A stretch of 64,000 nucleotides of DNA, taken from NCBI GenBank assembly GCA_965227295.1, contig OZ245742.1:64001-128000 (forward strand). Reading direction: 5' to 3'. This stretch comes from Leptonemataceae bacterium. GTDB taxonomy: Bacteria > Spirochaetota > Leptospiria > Leptospirales > Leptonemataceae. Shown here piece by piece: positions 50,075 through 60,055 of the stretch. Made by a program: the position numbers and the translations under genes. Every line of letters begins with the position of its first letter. The first letter of the stretch is position 1. Below the pieces are notes generated by a model. It did no database searches, was not told the DNA's origin, and saw nothing but the letters and a program-made list of their open reading frames with translations.

Positions 50075-50788
50075 GTGGAGCGACGGAAGTTTTTCTCGGA
50101 CGGCCTCAAGGGCCTGGCAAAGGATTTCTACAATACTCCCATCGGCGAGTACTTCGACCGGCGGCTCCACGGTCTCGCGAACATGCTGGATCCGCGCGGT
50201 CTGGATCATGTCATGCGCGAGCACGGCCTGGGCGGCTCCGACGACGACAGCGCCGCCCCGGCTCCGGGCGCCCGGCCGGACGATCGCAATTTCGCCCGGC
50301 CCCCTGGCGCGCTTCCGGATCCGCAGGCCTTTCGGGACGCCTGCACGCGCTGCGGCGATTGCATCATCGCCTGTCCCCACGGCGCCATCTTTCGCCAGGG
50401 CCTGGAATCCGGCCCCGTCCTGGACCCGAACCTGGCCGCGTGCCGGCTCTGCCCGGATACGCCGTGCATCACGGCCTGCGGCGACGGGGCGCTTTTGCCC
50501 CTGCCCGGAAACTCCCTGCCGAAGTTCGGCCAGGCGGAGCTGATCGACGGCCGCTGTCGCAACGAAAGCGCGCAAGAAAAATCATCGCGCGGTTCAAAAA
50601 GCGGTCGAAAGATGGACCGCAAGGCATCGTATTGTCGGGAATGTCAGCGGGCCTGTCCCGTGTCCGGCGTCATCACCTACGATCGAAAAACAAAGCTGCC
50701 GCGCTTTGATCCGGATATCTGCACCGGCTGCGGACTGTGTGTGCAGGCGTGCCCGGAAGTTCCCGCGGCCATCGAGGTACGAATTTAA
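50075..50788 (+). CDS. MauM/NapG/NapF-like 4Fe-4S ferredoxin
   Basis: RPPGA, CTRCGDCIIACP, CRLC..PCITAC, CRECQRACP, CTGCGLCVQACP. Confidence 0.88.
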   Translation: MERRKFFSDGLKGLAKDFYNTPIGEYFDRRLHGLANMLDPRGLDHVMREHGLGGSDDDSAAPAPGARPDDRNFARPPGALPDPQAFRDACTRCGDCIIACPHGAIFRQGLESGPVLDPNLAACRLCPDTPCITACGDGALLPLPGNSLPKFGQAELIDGRCRNESAQEKSSRGSKSGRKMDRKASYCRECQRACPVSGVITYDRKTKLPRFDPDICTGCGLCVQACPEVPAAIEVRI

Positions 50789-51594
50789 TGGCATCGAATC
50801 CCCCGCAGTCCGGGAACGCCGAAAAGCGGCCCGGCTTCTGGAGCGCCGTCAAATCGCTCTACTACTGGACGCTCTTAGTCTTTACCACGTTACTCATAGG
50901 TCTGGCCGTGCTGCCGGCAATCCTGTTTCGCATTCGCCCCGTCATGTCCCGCGTGGCCGTCGTCTGGGGCCGCACCCTCACCTGGCTCGCCGGCATCCAC
51001 ATCGACATCGAGAATGCCGAAAAGTTTCATCGCAACGGTCCGGTGGTCATCATCTCAAACCACCAGTCCATGGTGGACGTCATTGTTTTCTACAGCGGAC
51101 TGCCGGTGCCGTTCGTCTGGATGGCCAAGGCCTCCCTGTTTAAGATTCCCATCATGGGCTGGGGTATGACCGCCGCCGGTTACATTCCGGTGGAACGCGA
51201 AAACCGTCGCAAGTCCCAGGATTCGTTAATGAAGGCGGCGGACATCGTGCGCAAGTACTCGCGTTCGGTGATCGTATTTCCCGAGGGCACGCGGGGTTAT
51301 CCCGACGGCAGCATGCGCCCGTTCAAGAAGGGCGGCTTCCTTCTGGCGAAACGCGCGGGCGTGGTCATTCAACCGGTAACCATCCACGGCGCGGCCTCGG
51401 TTATGCCGCCGAAACAAACGGGCATGTTCATGCAACGCATCTACGGCGGCAACGTACACCTGGTCTTCCACGATCCTATGATGCCGGAAGAGTATCAGGA
51501 CATGTCCGTGGAAGCACTCTCGGAACACGTGCGCGCGGTGATCGAACGACCGCTGGAACGTTTGATCAAGATGGACGCCGTGTTGCGAGGCTGA
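50788..51594 (+). CDS. plsC: 1-acyl-sn-glycerol-3-phosphate acyltransferase (PlsC-like)
   Basis: SNHQSMVD, MAKASL, FPEGTR, PFKKG; TAATG coupling to the upstream gene. Confidence 0.88.
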   Translation: MASNPPQSGNAEKRPGFWSAVKSLYYWTLLVFTTLLIGLAVLPAILFRIRPVMSRVAVVWGRTLTWLAGIHIDIENAEKFHRNGPVVIISNHQSMVDVIVFYSGLPVPFVWMAKASLFKIPIMGWGMTAAGYIPVERENRRKSQDSLMKAADIVRKYSRSVIVFPEGTRGYPDGSMRPFKKGGFLLAKRAGVVIQPVTIHGAASVMPPKQTGMFMQRIYGGNVHLVFHDPMMPEEYQDMSVEALSEHVRAVIERPLERLIKMDAVLRG

Positions 51595-51595
51595 T

Positions 51596-52402
51596 TTACC
51601 CGATGGTAGACGGATCTTCAAAACGCTCCAACAGACGCCGGCAGCTTTCGGCCAACTCCGAGGAGTACTTTTTTGTGATTCGGCGCGCCGCCGGGAAATT
51701 CCATATCGTTCTTCCGGTTATTTGCTGAGCTTCCCGCGCAATATCCCGGAAGACCTGAAAGTCCGGATCGTCATCGTCTTCTGTAATAAAAAACTGGCAC
51801 TCAACAATCCTCCGGCTCGCCCAAACCGGGTAATCGTCGAATCTCCGTTCTTGCAAAGCCGTAATTTCCTTTATGAGAATCTGAACCGATTCTTCAATCA
51901 GCATAGGATCGAGGAGTCGGTCGGTCACCTGGCGCAACTCGTACAGTTCGGCCTCCTCGATAATGCGGCCGCTCAACTTATCAACATACACATACTCGAC
52001 TCCGGGGATGTACCCGCGATCCTGCAATTCTTGCGAGCGGGCTGCAAACACCCAGGCCTTGATGCAATTCTCCGGGCTCCGATCGATTTCTAAAGCTGAA
52101 AAACGCGGATCGAAACCTTCTTCATTTACGAAGTAATTTCGGATTGTTTCCAGAGCTCCCTCCGCAATGGCCAGACCTTCCTCCGGCGAAATAGCCGGCT
52201 CCCTGTACTCGCATTCCGCGATCCATCCCCGGTACCCGGCCCGATAGAAGGTCCCATACACCGCGCGACATTCCTGCCAGGTTCGAGAAATACCGAGCCA
52301 GGCCGGCAGGTCGCGCAGCGAAGCTTCCAGGGCCGGCTCCAATGCGATGGGACGCGTGGTGCGCGCCACCGGGAACAGGTAAACGTCATACAGCTGCGAC
52401 AC
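51596..52402 (-). CDS. Hypothetical protein, central region weakly YrhB/Imm35-like
   Basis: AWVFAARSQE...PGVEYVYVDKLSGRI. Confidence 0.5.
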   Translation of the reverse strand: MSQLYDVYLFPVARTTRPIALEPALEASLRDLPAWLGISRTWQECRAVYGTFYRAGYRGWIAECEYREPAISPEEGLAIAEGALETIRNYFVNEEGFDPRFSALEIDRSPENCIKAWVFAARSQELQDRGYIPGVEYVYVDKLSGRIIEEAELYELRQVTDRLLDPMLIEESVQILIKEITALQERRFDDYPVWASRRIVECQFFITEDDDDPDFQVFRDIAREAQQITGRTIWNFPAARRITKKYSSELAESCRRLLERFEDPSTIG

Positions 52403-52567
52403 CCGGTTTCACTCTCCGATTCCAGGAACCATGCTCACCCCGGCCCGTCCACCAGTTCACACTTCCCGCTACTGGAACATCTTACTCAGAATTTACTCCG
52501 CTACTGCAATAATCGTTTGCAGCGACGGTGTTGCCGGGTTCCTGACTACCGCCAGGAGGAATCTGTC

Positions 52568-53008
52568 TTGAAACAATCAAACTTAATGCGCTGTTGTATG
52601 ACTTTGCTGCTCGGCCTGGCCGTGGCATTGACCAGCGTAAACGCCCAGCCCCCGGGCAAACCGGACAAAAACGAAAAGAAAGAAGAAGCGCAAAAGAAAC
52701 GCGAAGAAGCGAAAGAAAAGCGCGACGAGAAGAAAGAAGCCGCGAAAGAAAAACGCGAAGAAAAGCGGAAAGAACGTCTCGAACGCAAGAAAAACAAACT
52801 CACCGGCCTCGAACGTAAGATCGAACGGCTGAAAGTTATCGCCGCTCGTTTAGAAGAAAAAGGCAAGACCGAGCAGGCGGCCCGTCTGCGCGAGAAGATC
52901 AAAAAAGCCGAAGAAAAACTCGCTAAGAAAGAAGACGAAATAGAAGCGGAAGAGGGCGAAGAAGTAACGGTCGAAGTCGAAGATGAGGAGGCAGGCGATG
53001 ATGAATAA
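52568..53008 (+). CDS. Exported Lys/Glu-rich coiled-coil protein
   Basis: aggagga RBS before TTG; signal peptide (..VNA); KKREEAKEK repeats. Confidence 0.7.
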   Translation: MKQSNLMRCCMTLLLGLAVALTSVNAQPPGKPDKNEKKEEAQKKREEAKEKRDEKKEAAKEKREEKRKERLERKKNKLTGLERKIERLKVIAARLEEKGKTEQAARLREKIKKAEEKLAKKEDEIEAEEGEEVTVEVEDEEAGDDE

Positions 53009-53204
53009 AATCTTTACCATTACGGCGGCCGTGTTCGCGGCGCTCATGCTCACGGCCTGCCCGGGCGGCGGCTCATCCGGCGACGGCATCGACGAAGGCG
53101 GCGATGAAAACGATGCGCTGAAAAGCGCGCCGGCCGATCAGATCAACGCCGACAACGCACTGGAAGAAGCAGACAAGATTCTCGAAGACATCGAAAATCT
53201 GTAA
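52998..53204 (+). CDS. Small acidic lipoprotein
   Basis: gaggagg RBS; MLTAC lipobox. Confidence 0.75.
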   Translation: MMNKIFTITAAVFAALMLTACPGGGSSGDGIDEGGDENDALKSAPADQINADNALEEADKILEDIENL

Positions 53205-53229
53205 TCACTACTCCGTAGATTCGTACCTT

Positions 53230-53262
53230 GCGGGCCCGTCGTTTCGGCGGGCCTTCGCTTTT
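53230..53262 (+). terminator. Intrinsic terminator-like hairpin between convergent genes
   Basis: ggcccgtcg-ttt-cggcgggcc followed by ttcgctttt. Confidence 0.6.
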
Positions 53263-53269
53263 AGCCGCT

Positions 53270-53695
53270 TCACCAGAACTTCCAGCGAGATTGCCGCTTC
53301 TGAATTTGCCGGTAGATGTCGGTTAATTCTTCGCCCGGAAGTTCACTCCCCTTGCGAAACGATTGAATCAAAATCCCCCGGCGCCCCACCGAATTCACGA
53401 AACGCACTTCCGCGGGGTCGTCGTCGATCAACACATCGCCCTGAATGCTGCGGATGTCTTTCGAAGCGCCGGTGTTGTTCGGATCGTAGTCCTCGCGAAA
53501 GATGAAACGATCGAAGAAACGATGCAGGCCGTGCTCGCCGAGAATGTCCTTCGCACGATCCGCCGTACTGTTCGTCCAGAGAGTCAACGTGTGGCCGTCG
53601 GAACGCAAACGCTCCAGAAAGCTACGAATCCCCGGCCGGGTCATGGATCCGTGATCGTCGGTGAGCGTGTTGTCCATGTCGATGACGATGTGCAT
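53270..53695 (-). CDS. HAD-superfamily (NIF/DUF705-like) phosphatase
   Basis: IVIDMDNTL (DxDxT), LWTNS, KD, VLIDDD. Confidence 0.85.
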   Translation of the reverse strand: MHIVIDMDNTLTDDHGSMTRPGIRSFLERLRSDGHTLTLWTNSTADRAKDILGEHGLHRFFDRFIFREDYDPNNTGASKDIRSIQGDVLIDDDPAEVRFVNSVGRRGILIQSFRKGSELPGEELTDIYRQIQKRQSRWKFW

Positions 53696-54003
53696 GATCA
53701 AAAAAAACGATAACGGAATTCCACGGGACTTCGTCCAATCATCCACATGTTTCTCGAAACCTGCAAGCGAGAATCTCCGAGCACAATCATGAAGACTCGA
53801 CTCCTCTTTTATACGAGCGCGGACCGGAAGACGGTCCCGCATCCCGTGTAAGTGCGTTGCTTCCCGGCGCGCTCGCGCCCGCGTACTGTCCTTCGGCCGC
53901 CGCTTCCTGAAAACGTAACCGCTACGCCGCTCGTGCTGTAGCTCCATGTTCCGAACGCGCTTGCCTTCGGAAGCGGGGAAGTTATATCTATTCGGAGTTC
54001 GAG

Positions 54004-55216
54004 ATGAAACTCTCTCAATATCAAACACAAGGCCGTGACGTACGTTTCGTACGCAACATCGGCATCTCTGCGCACATCGACGCGGGTAAGACCACGCTTT
54101 CGGAGCGCATTCTGTTCTACGCGGGTCGCATCCATCGCATGGGTGAAGTGCACGACGGCGGCAGCACCCTCGATTATGACAACGTAGAGCGGGACATGGG
54201 CATTACGATCCAGTCCGCGGTCACGGCGTTCGCCTGGAACGATGCGATGATCCATCTCATCGACACCCCGGGACACGTGGACTTTACCGTGGAAGTGGAA
54301 CGATCGTTGCGCGTCCTGGACGGGGCCGTGCTCGTGCTCTGCGCCGTGGGGGGAGTGCAATCGCAAACGTTCACGGTGTGGCGCTTCGGCGGTGACGAAG
54401 GTCGCACCGTTCTCACGGAAGCGATTCCGGAGGAACTTCGCGAAGAAAGCCGCCAACGTCGGGCGGCGCTCGTGGAGTCCTTAGCTGATGCTGACGAAAC
54501 ATTAGCGGAGCTCTGGCTCGCCCACGCGGACACTGCGTCGAATACCGGAATCGCGGCCGCGGACGTGCACGCCGCGCTCCGGCGTAGCGTACTCGCGCGA
54601 ACGTTCGTGCCGGTGCTCTGCGGTTCGGCCTATCGTAACGCGGGAGTCCAGCCGTTGATGGACGCGGTGGTGCGCTATCTGCCGTCTCCGGCGGACGTAA
54701 AAGTCCGGGACACGGGCGGGTGCGAGCTCAGCCGGAGTGAGGAAGATGCGGCCGCGCTGTTCGTGTTCAAGCTCGAGGACGGTCGCTACTGTGGCTGTCG
54801 AGCCGAAAAGCAGCGCGCAGCGGGATGCCTTCGCGAAGGCGTTGCGTAAGTTCACGCGAGAAGATCCTACGCTCAGGCTGCGGCAGGATCCGGAAAGCGG
54901 ACAGACCTTGCTTTCGGGCATGGGTGAGCTGCATCTCCAGGTGAGCCTGCGGCGCATGAGCGAAGAGTTCGGTTGTGAGATCGTCAGCGGCACACCGCGT
55001 GTGCAGTACCGCGAAACGATCACGCGCCGGGCCGACTTCGACTGCACGCTGAAAGAACAGCACGGCGGCCAGGGTCAGTTCGCGCGCATTGCCGGATACT
55101 TCGAGCCCCTGGATGCGCGGGCAACGCAGGACTTCGAGTTCGTGAACGCCGTCAGCGGCGGCACGATTCCTTCGGATCGTTTTTCGACTTCGCGTACAGG
55201 CTTAACGAAAGACTAA
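54004..55216 (+). pseudogene. fusA: Degraded elongation factor G paralogue (internal deletions, frameshift, 3' truncation)
   Basis: [32 protein letters not shown] present. NKxD and domain II are missing. Domain III (VAVEPK...EDPT...SGMGELHL) and the start of domain IV are in another frame and end after GGTIPSD. Confidence 0.85.
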
Positions 55217-55305
55217 TACTTAAGAAACTACAAGACCGCGAATTTCTGCCGAACAGGTTTTTTAGTTGGCCGGGCTGCACAGAAACGCAACTCTGCACCG
55301 CGCGC

Positions 55306-55611
55306 ATGCACGTTGAAGTACAACAGAACGGATCACAGTTATTCGTACGCCTCCTTGCGCCTCGCCTGGAAGGCGACAACCATGTCGTGGACGCATTGAA
55401 AGAATATGCAGAGCCCGCCCCGGAACTCGTAGAACTGGACTTCGACGGGGTCAATTATCTGAACAGCCGGGGCATCACCGAACTGGTCAGCCTGTATCGC
55501 CTCTTCGATAACGAAGTCACGAGGCTGCGCTTCATAAACGTAAAAGGACGCGTCCGCCACGTCATGGACCTGGTGGAGTTGCATCATATCGCCGATATTC
55601 CCGGCACGTGA
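55306..55611 (+). CDS. STAS-domain anti-sigma-factor antagonist
   Basis: VELDFDGVNYLNSRGITEL...VRHVMDLVEL. Confidence 0.8.
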   Translation: MHVEVQQNGSQLFVRLLAPRLEGDNHVVDALKEYAEPAPELVELDFDGVNYLNSRGITELVSLYRLFDNEVTRLRFINVKGRVRHVMDLVELHHIADIPGT

Positions 55612-55633
55612 AGGCTCGCCGCGGGGCGTCCGC

Positions 55634-57061
55634 TCACGAATCCAGGAGCGGCAGACAGGCGCAAAACTCCAACCCGCCGGGAATCTCCCGCACCTCCAGG
55701 CTCCCGCCGGCATTCTCGAAGAAGCGGGCGGCAATGGCCAGGCCGAGGCCGGTCCCCGCCGGTTGTTCCGTTCCCGCCCCGCCGCGATAAAACGGCTCGA
55801 AGAGGCGTTCCCGTTCTTCCGGCGCCGGGGGCTCGCAGTCGTTGGTTATGCTGATCCGGCATTCGGTTGGACGCCAGACTAAATCCACCCGCACCGTGCT
55901 GCCGGCCGGGCTGTACTTCGCGGCATTGTCCAGCAGGGCGGAGAGCGCCGCCTGCAAACCGGGTGCGTCTCCGCGCGATCGCCGCGCAGATCCAGGCCCC
56001 GGCTCCGGGACTGCGAGGCGAATCGACCGGCTCGCGAAGAGATCGCCGTAGCGGGCCAGCAACTCGCGTAAGACTTCCGCCGGCCGCACGCCGTTTTCCG
56101 AAGACGGGACGTCCGGGCGGCGATTTTCAAAGTCCAGCTTCGACAGTTCCAGAATGCGACCGATCAAACGGTCCAGGTCTTCGATCTCGGTACGGATCGA
56201 TTCCAGGTGACGCCGACGATCCGCACTCTTTCCGTCCTCGATCAATTCCAGGGCGATGCGCATGCGGGCGAGGGGCGAACGTAGTTCGTGCGAGACATGG
56301 GCGGTGAGTTCCCGACTCCCGCGGATCATGCGCTCCACCCGGGAAGCCATATCGTTGAACGCCGCCGCCAGTTCGCCGATCTCGTCTCCGCTGCTCACCG
56401 CCGCCCGCCGGGACAGATCTCCCCCGGCGATGCGCAGGGCCGAATCGCGCAGCTCACGCAACGGCCGGCCCAGGTACTTCGAAAGCGGATACAGTAAGAT
56501 GCCGAAGGCCAGGGCCACTCCCACAAGCGCCGTCAGAAAACCGTAGCGTTTGTGTTCGCCGTACTGCGCGAAGACATGGGCATAGAGGCGCCGCTCGCCG
56601 TACCGAAACGGCAGCATGCCGTAGAGCCGGCCGTCATCGTCCACAAACGAAAACGACTCGAAGCGGACCACGTCGTCGTCGGGAAACTTTGCGCGCAGGG
56701 CATAGTAGTCTACCCGGCTGAAGCCCGGATCGCCGTCCGAAGCGGTGCGTCCCACGACAGCGTTGTCGTAGCGCAACGGCTCCACCAGGCGCCGGCCGTG
56801 CACGTCACCGATCCAGACGTTCGCTCCCTCGTAGCGCCGGGCCAGGTCGCGCACGACCTCTTCCAGAGACGCCCCGGTTTCCAGGCGTAGTTCGATGTAG
56901 CCGCGCATGAGGCCGGCATGGTTGTCCGCCATGCGCCGGAACTTGCCGCGGATCTCCTCGTGACTGAGGCTGCGCACGATACCGAAGACCAGGAACTCCG
57001 CCCCGATCAACGCGGCCAGGAACCAGAGAAAGATCTTTATGTAGAGCTTGCTGATTTTCAT
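55634..57061 (-). CDS. HAMP-containing sensor histidine kinase (CpxA-like)
   Basis: 2 TM, HAMP (DEIGELAAAFNDM), SHELRSPL H-box, LLDNAAKY, FEPFYR, GTGLGL. Confidence 0.92.
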   Translation of the reverse strand: MKISKLYIKIFLWFLAALIGAEFLVFGIVRSLSHEEIRGKFRRMADNHAGLMRGYIELRLETGASLEEVVRDLARRYEGANVWIGDVHGRRLVEPLRYDNAVVGRTASDGDPGFSRVDYYALRAKFPDDDVVRFESFSFVDDDGRLYGMLPFRYGERRLYAHVFAQYGEHKRYGFLTALVGVALAFGILLYPLSKYLGRPLRELRDSALRIAGGDLSRRAAVSSGDEIGELAAAFNDMASRVERMIRGSRELTAHVSHELRSPLARMRIALELIEDGKSADRRRHLESIRTEIEDLDRLIGRILELSKLDFENRRPDVPSSENGVRPAEVLRELLARYGDLFASRSIRLAVPEPGPGSARRSRGDAPGLQAALSALLDNAAKYSPAGSTVRVDLVWRPTECRISITNDCEPPAPEERERLFEPFYRGGAGTEQPAGTGLGLAIAARFFENAGGSLEVREIPGGLEFCACLPLLDS

Positions 57062-57816
57062 GTTCTCGTGCCGGACGTGCTGCCGGATTCCTGCCCCGCC
57101 GTTTCGACGAAACGATAGCCGGCGCCGCGCACGGTACGGATGCGGTTCGCCTCGCCGGCTTCTTCCAGGCGCGCGCGAATGCGACTCACGTGCACGTCGA
57201 TGCTGCGCTCAAAGCCCATGTAGTCGCGACCGTGCAGATGGTTCATGATCTCGTCCCGGCTCAGGGTTTCGCCGACGTGCCGCAAAAAGAGTTCCAGCAA
57301 TCTCAGTTCCACGGATGAAAGCTCTAACTCCTGTTCATCGACAGTTACCACAAAACGCCGCGGGTCCAGAACGATGCGTCCGGAGCGCAGGGGGCCGGCG
57401 GGCTGCGTTTCTTCGAGCGGGGCCGGCTCTTCCGCGGCGGCACGCTCCTGCACGCGACGCAGTACGGCGCGCACCCGGGCCAACAACTCCCGCGGATTGA
57501 ACGGCTTGGGCAGATAGTCGTCGGCGCCGAGCTCCAGGCCGACGATGCGATCGCTGTCGTCTCCGCGGGCCGTGAGCATGATCACGGGCAGTGCACGGAA
57601 GTCCCGGCGCAGATCGCGCAGGATTTCCAGGCCGTCCCGCTGCGGCAGCATTACGTCCAGGATCAGCAGGTCCGGCCGGTTGCGCCGCACGGCCGCTTCG
57701 ACGCCGGGACCGCCGTCGAAGTGCGCCGCGATCTCGAAACCCAGGCCCGAGAAATACTCGCGCAACAATTCCTGAAGCTTGCGGTCATCGTCTACGATCA
57801 ATAGTTTCGCTTCCAT
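57058..57816 (-). CDS. OmpR-family response regulator (CpxR-like)
   Basis: LIVDDD, LDVMLP, MLTARGD, ADDYLPKPF, RSIDVHVSRIR, TVRGAGY. Confidence 0.93.
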   Translation of the reverse strand: MEAKLLIVDDDRKLQELLREYFSGLGFEIAAHFDGGPGVEAAVRRNRPDLLILDVMLPQRDGLEILRDLRRDFRALPVIMLTARGDDSDRIVGLELGADDYLPKPFNPRELLARVRAVLRRVQERAAAEEPAPLEETQPAGPLRSGRIVLDPRRFVVTVDEQELELSSVELRLLELFLRHVGETLSRDEIMNHLHGRDYMGFERSIDVHVSRIRARLEEAGEANRIRTVRGAGYRFVETAGQESGSTSGTRT

Positions 57817-57902
57817 ACTATGGGGCGCCTTTCGGAAAGCAGGCGCAGGCGAAGCTTCATCGCCGCCTGGAAATTGCGCCACCCTTTCCCGGCCCGGCCC
57901 GT

Positions 57903-57956
57903 GCAAATCCGTGTAAATCCCGCGCCCGGACCTTACATAAGTTTACAATCGTTTAC
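57903..57956. promoter_or_regulatory. Tandem CpxR-type boxes GTAAA-N5-GTAAA
   Basis: Minus strand GTAAA-cgatt-GTAAA-cttat-GTAAG (57956-57932); plus strand GCAAA-tccgt-GTAAA (57903-57917). Confidence 0.7.
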
Positions 57957-58075
57957 GCGGCGGCGCGCGGGATTTACGTCACCGTAACGACGATCGGCGC
58001 CGCCCGTGCTCTACTGAAGGTGTTCGCGCCGGCCCCGGCCGCGACGAACACACAGTCATTCAAGGAGCACAGTAC

Positions 58076-58513
58076 ATGAACTGGAAAAAATTCTTTTTCG
58101 TATCCACGGTCGCCGTTCTAACTCTCGGCGTCGCCGCCGCCTGCGGACACCGGCATCGTTTTGACGAACGCCGCGCCGAAAAGATCGTGAAACACATGGA
58201 CCGCAAGGTCTCGTACCTGGACCTCACGGCGGAACAGGAGCGCAAGTATCAGGACCTGCGCGGTCGCATTCTCGCGGACCTGAAAGCGGGCATGAACGAA
58301 CGCAAGTCCGGTTTGCAAAAGATCAAGGCCGAGTTTCAAAAGAACGACACCGACATTGAAGCCGTGGCGACCGAAATGAAACAACAGATCTCCGAGGGCA
58401 GCGCGCGCTTCGAGAAGATGCCGGACTATATCGTCGAATTCTACTCGATGCTGGACGACGAACAAAAGGCTGAAGTCAAAGAACGCGTCCTCGATCGTCT
58501 CGAAGATCTGTAA
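58076..58513 (+). CDS. Spy/CpxP-like helical lipoprotein
   Basis: AAAC lipobox; LDLTAEQ and MLDDEQK (LTxxQ-like) motifs; divergent from the RR/HK pair. Confidence 0.75.
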   Translation: MNWKKFFFVSTVAVLTLGVAAACGHRHRFDERRAEKIVKHMDRKVSYLDLTAEQERKYQDLRGRILADLKAGMNERKSGLQKIKAEFQKNDTDIEAVATEMKQQISEGSARFEKMPDYIVEFYSMLDDEQKAEVKERVLDRLEDL

Positions 58514-58585
58514 GATTTTCGCACCCGTTTACTTTTCTCCACTGCTCGCGGGGGGCCGCCCGGTCCTCCGCGAATTTCTTGCGGC

Positions 58586-59452
58586 ATGGCCGCGATACCG
58601 CCCGGATGGCCCATGACCGCGGCTCCGTTTTTAGAACGCATTTTTGTCTATCCCATCAAGTCCCTGGATCGCGCGGAGGTGCGCACGGCGACGATCAGTC
58701 CCGGCGGCGCTCTGATGTACGACCGGCGCTTCGCGATCTTCGACGAACAGGGCGTCTACGTGAACGCGAAACGCACGGCCCTGGTCCATCGCGTTCGCGT
58801 GCGCTACGAAGCGCAGCATCTGCTGCACGCGAGCTTCACCTTCCCGGAGGACAACGACACGTACGCCTTCGATCTCGGTTCCGAAGCGGACCGCCGCCGG
58901 GCCGGCCTGCGCCTCGGCGAGTACTTCGGCTTCGGCGTCGAACTGCGCTCGGACGAACACGTCGGCTTTCCGGACGACCGGCAACGCACCGGCCCTACCG
59001 TGATCGCGTCCGCGACGTATGCAAAGATCGCCGAAGAGCTGAACACTCGCGCGCCGAAGTACGGCGGCGGCGGACCAATGCTCGGCGCGGAGGATCTTTC
59101 GCTCCGCATGCGCGCGAACCTGGAAATCGGCGGGGTGCCGCCGTTCTGGGAGGACCGGCTGAGCTACGGCGCGGGCGTTAACTTTCAGGTAGGTGACATT
59201 ACCGTGACAGGACTGCACCCCTGCGCGCGCTGCGTGGTGCCGTCCCGGCATCCGGAAAACGGCGCGATCTACCCGGGCTTCGCAAAGATGCTCACGGATT
59301 TGCGCCGGGAAAGCCTGCCGCCCTGGGCCGATCGCGGGAAGTTCGACCATTACTTCCGTCTCGCGGTGAATACGCGCATTCAGGAGACCGAGAGCAATAA
59401 ATCGATGTCCGCGGGCGACGAGGTGCAAGTTGTTACACAGTCTTCGCCCTGA
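58586..59452 (+). CDS. MOSC-domain protein
   Basis: IFVYPIKSLD, YDRRFAI, RMRANL, PCARCVVP. Confidence 0.88.
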   Translation: MAAIPPGWPMTAAPFLERIFVYPIKSLDRAEVRTATISPGGALMYDRRFAIFDEQGVYVNAKRTALVHRVRVRYEAQHLLHASFTFPEDNDTYAFDLGSEADRRRAGLRLGEYFGFGVELRSDEHVGFPDDRQRTGPTVIASATYAKIAEELNTRAPKYGGGGPMLGAEDLSLRMRANLEIGGVPPFWEDRLSYGAGVNFQVGDITVTGLHPCARCVVPSRHPENGAIYPGFAKMLTDLRRESLPPWADRGKFDHYFRLAVNTRIQETESNKSMSAGDEVQVVTQSSP

Positions 59453-59594
59453 ATTTACGACGCCGTCATCGTACGGCAACATACGGCGCTTACATTGCCG
59501 TATCGATTCACGATAAGCAATCGCTTGACCGGAAAGCGCGCGGGCTTCACACGCAATGCATACCAAAACTCACACGCTTATTATGGAGCATTGC

Positions 59595-60002
59595 ATGAAT
59601 GTCATTCGCACGATTTCTCTCGCCCTCGCTTTGATCGCAACGGCCGCCTTCGTTGCCGGTTGCGCCAGCCCGGAGCAAATTCAAAAACGTAAACTCAAAA
59701 AACTCGACGAAGGTCGCAACATTGAACTGGCCCTCGTCGGCAGTTGCAACTACACGAAGATTGAAGGCGTCTGCGTGAATCTTTACGCGAATATTACAAC
59801 GACCATGAAGAAGTTCGCGCTGAAAGGCTGCGAGGTCATCGAAGAACCCTGCGACCGCATGAACACAGCCATGGTCTGCCTCGATCCTTCCGAGAAAGGC
59901 ACGGCCAAAATCCAGTACGAGTTCTACTTTCCGAAGGGCACAAGTCTCGAAACCGCTCAGAAGGCATGCACGGGCGGGAACCGGGAACTCATTACGCTCT
60001 GA
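59595..60002 (+). CDS. Cys-containing lipoprotein, hypothetical
   Basis: VAGC lipobox; GSCN...VCVN...C...PC...VC...AC..G. Confidence 0.7.
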   Translation: MNVIRTISLALALIATAAFVAGCASPEQIQKRKLKKLDEGRNIELALVGSCNYTKIEGVCVNLYANITTTMKKFALKGCEVIEEPCDRMNTAMVCLDPSEKGTAKIQYEFYFPKGTSLETAQKACTGGNRELITL

Positions 60003-60028
60003 TTTCCACTATTCCACAACCGATCACC

Positions 60029-60055
60029 GACCGGAGCCCGCTCCGGTCTTTTTTT
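60029..60055 (+). terminator. Rho-independent terminator
   Basis: gaccggagc-cc-gctccggtc followed by a T7 run. Confidence 0.8.

Noticed and set aside
52650-52990. A-rich DNA repeats
   Set aside because: Explained by Lys/Glu codons of a coiled-coil protein
54004-54849. Functional mini EF-G/TetM-like GTPase or programmed frameshift
   Set aside because: Lacks the NKxD guanine-specificity motif and domain II, has no slippery sequence at the junction, and domain V is absent
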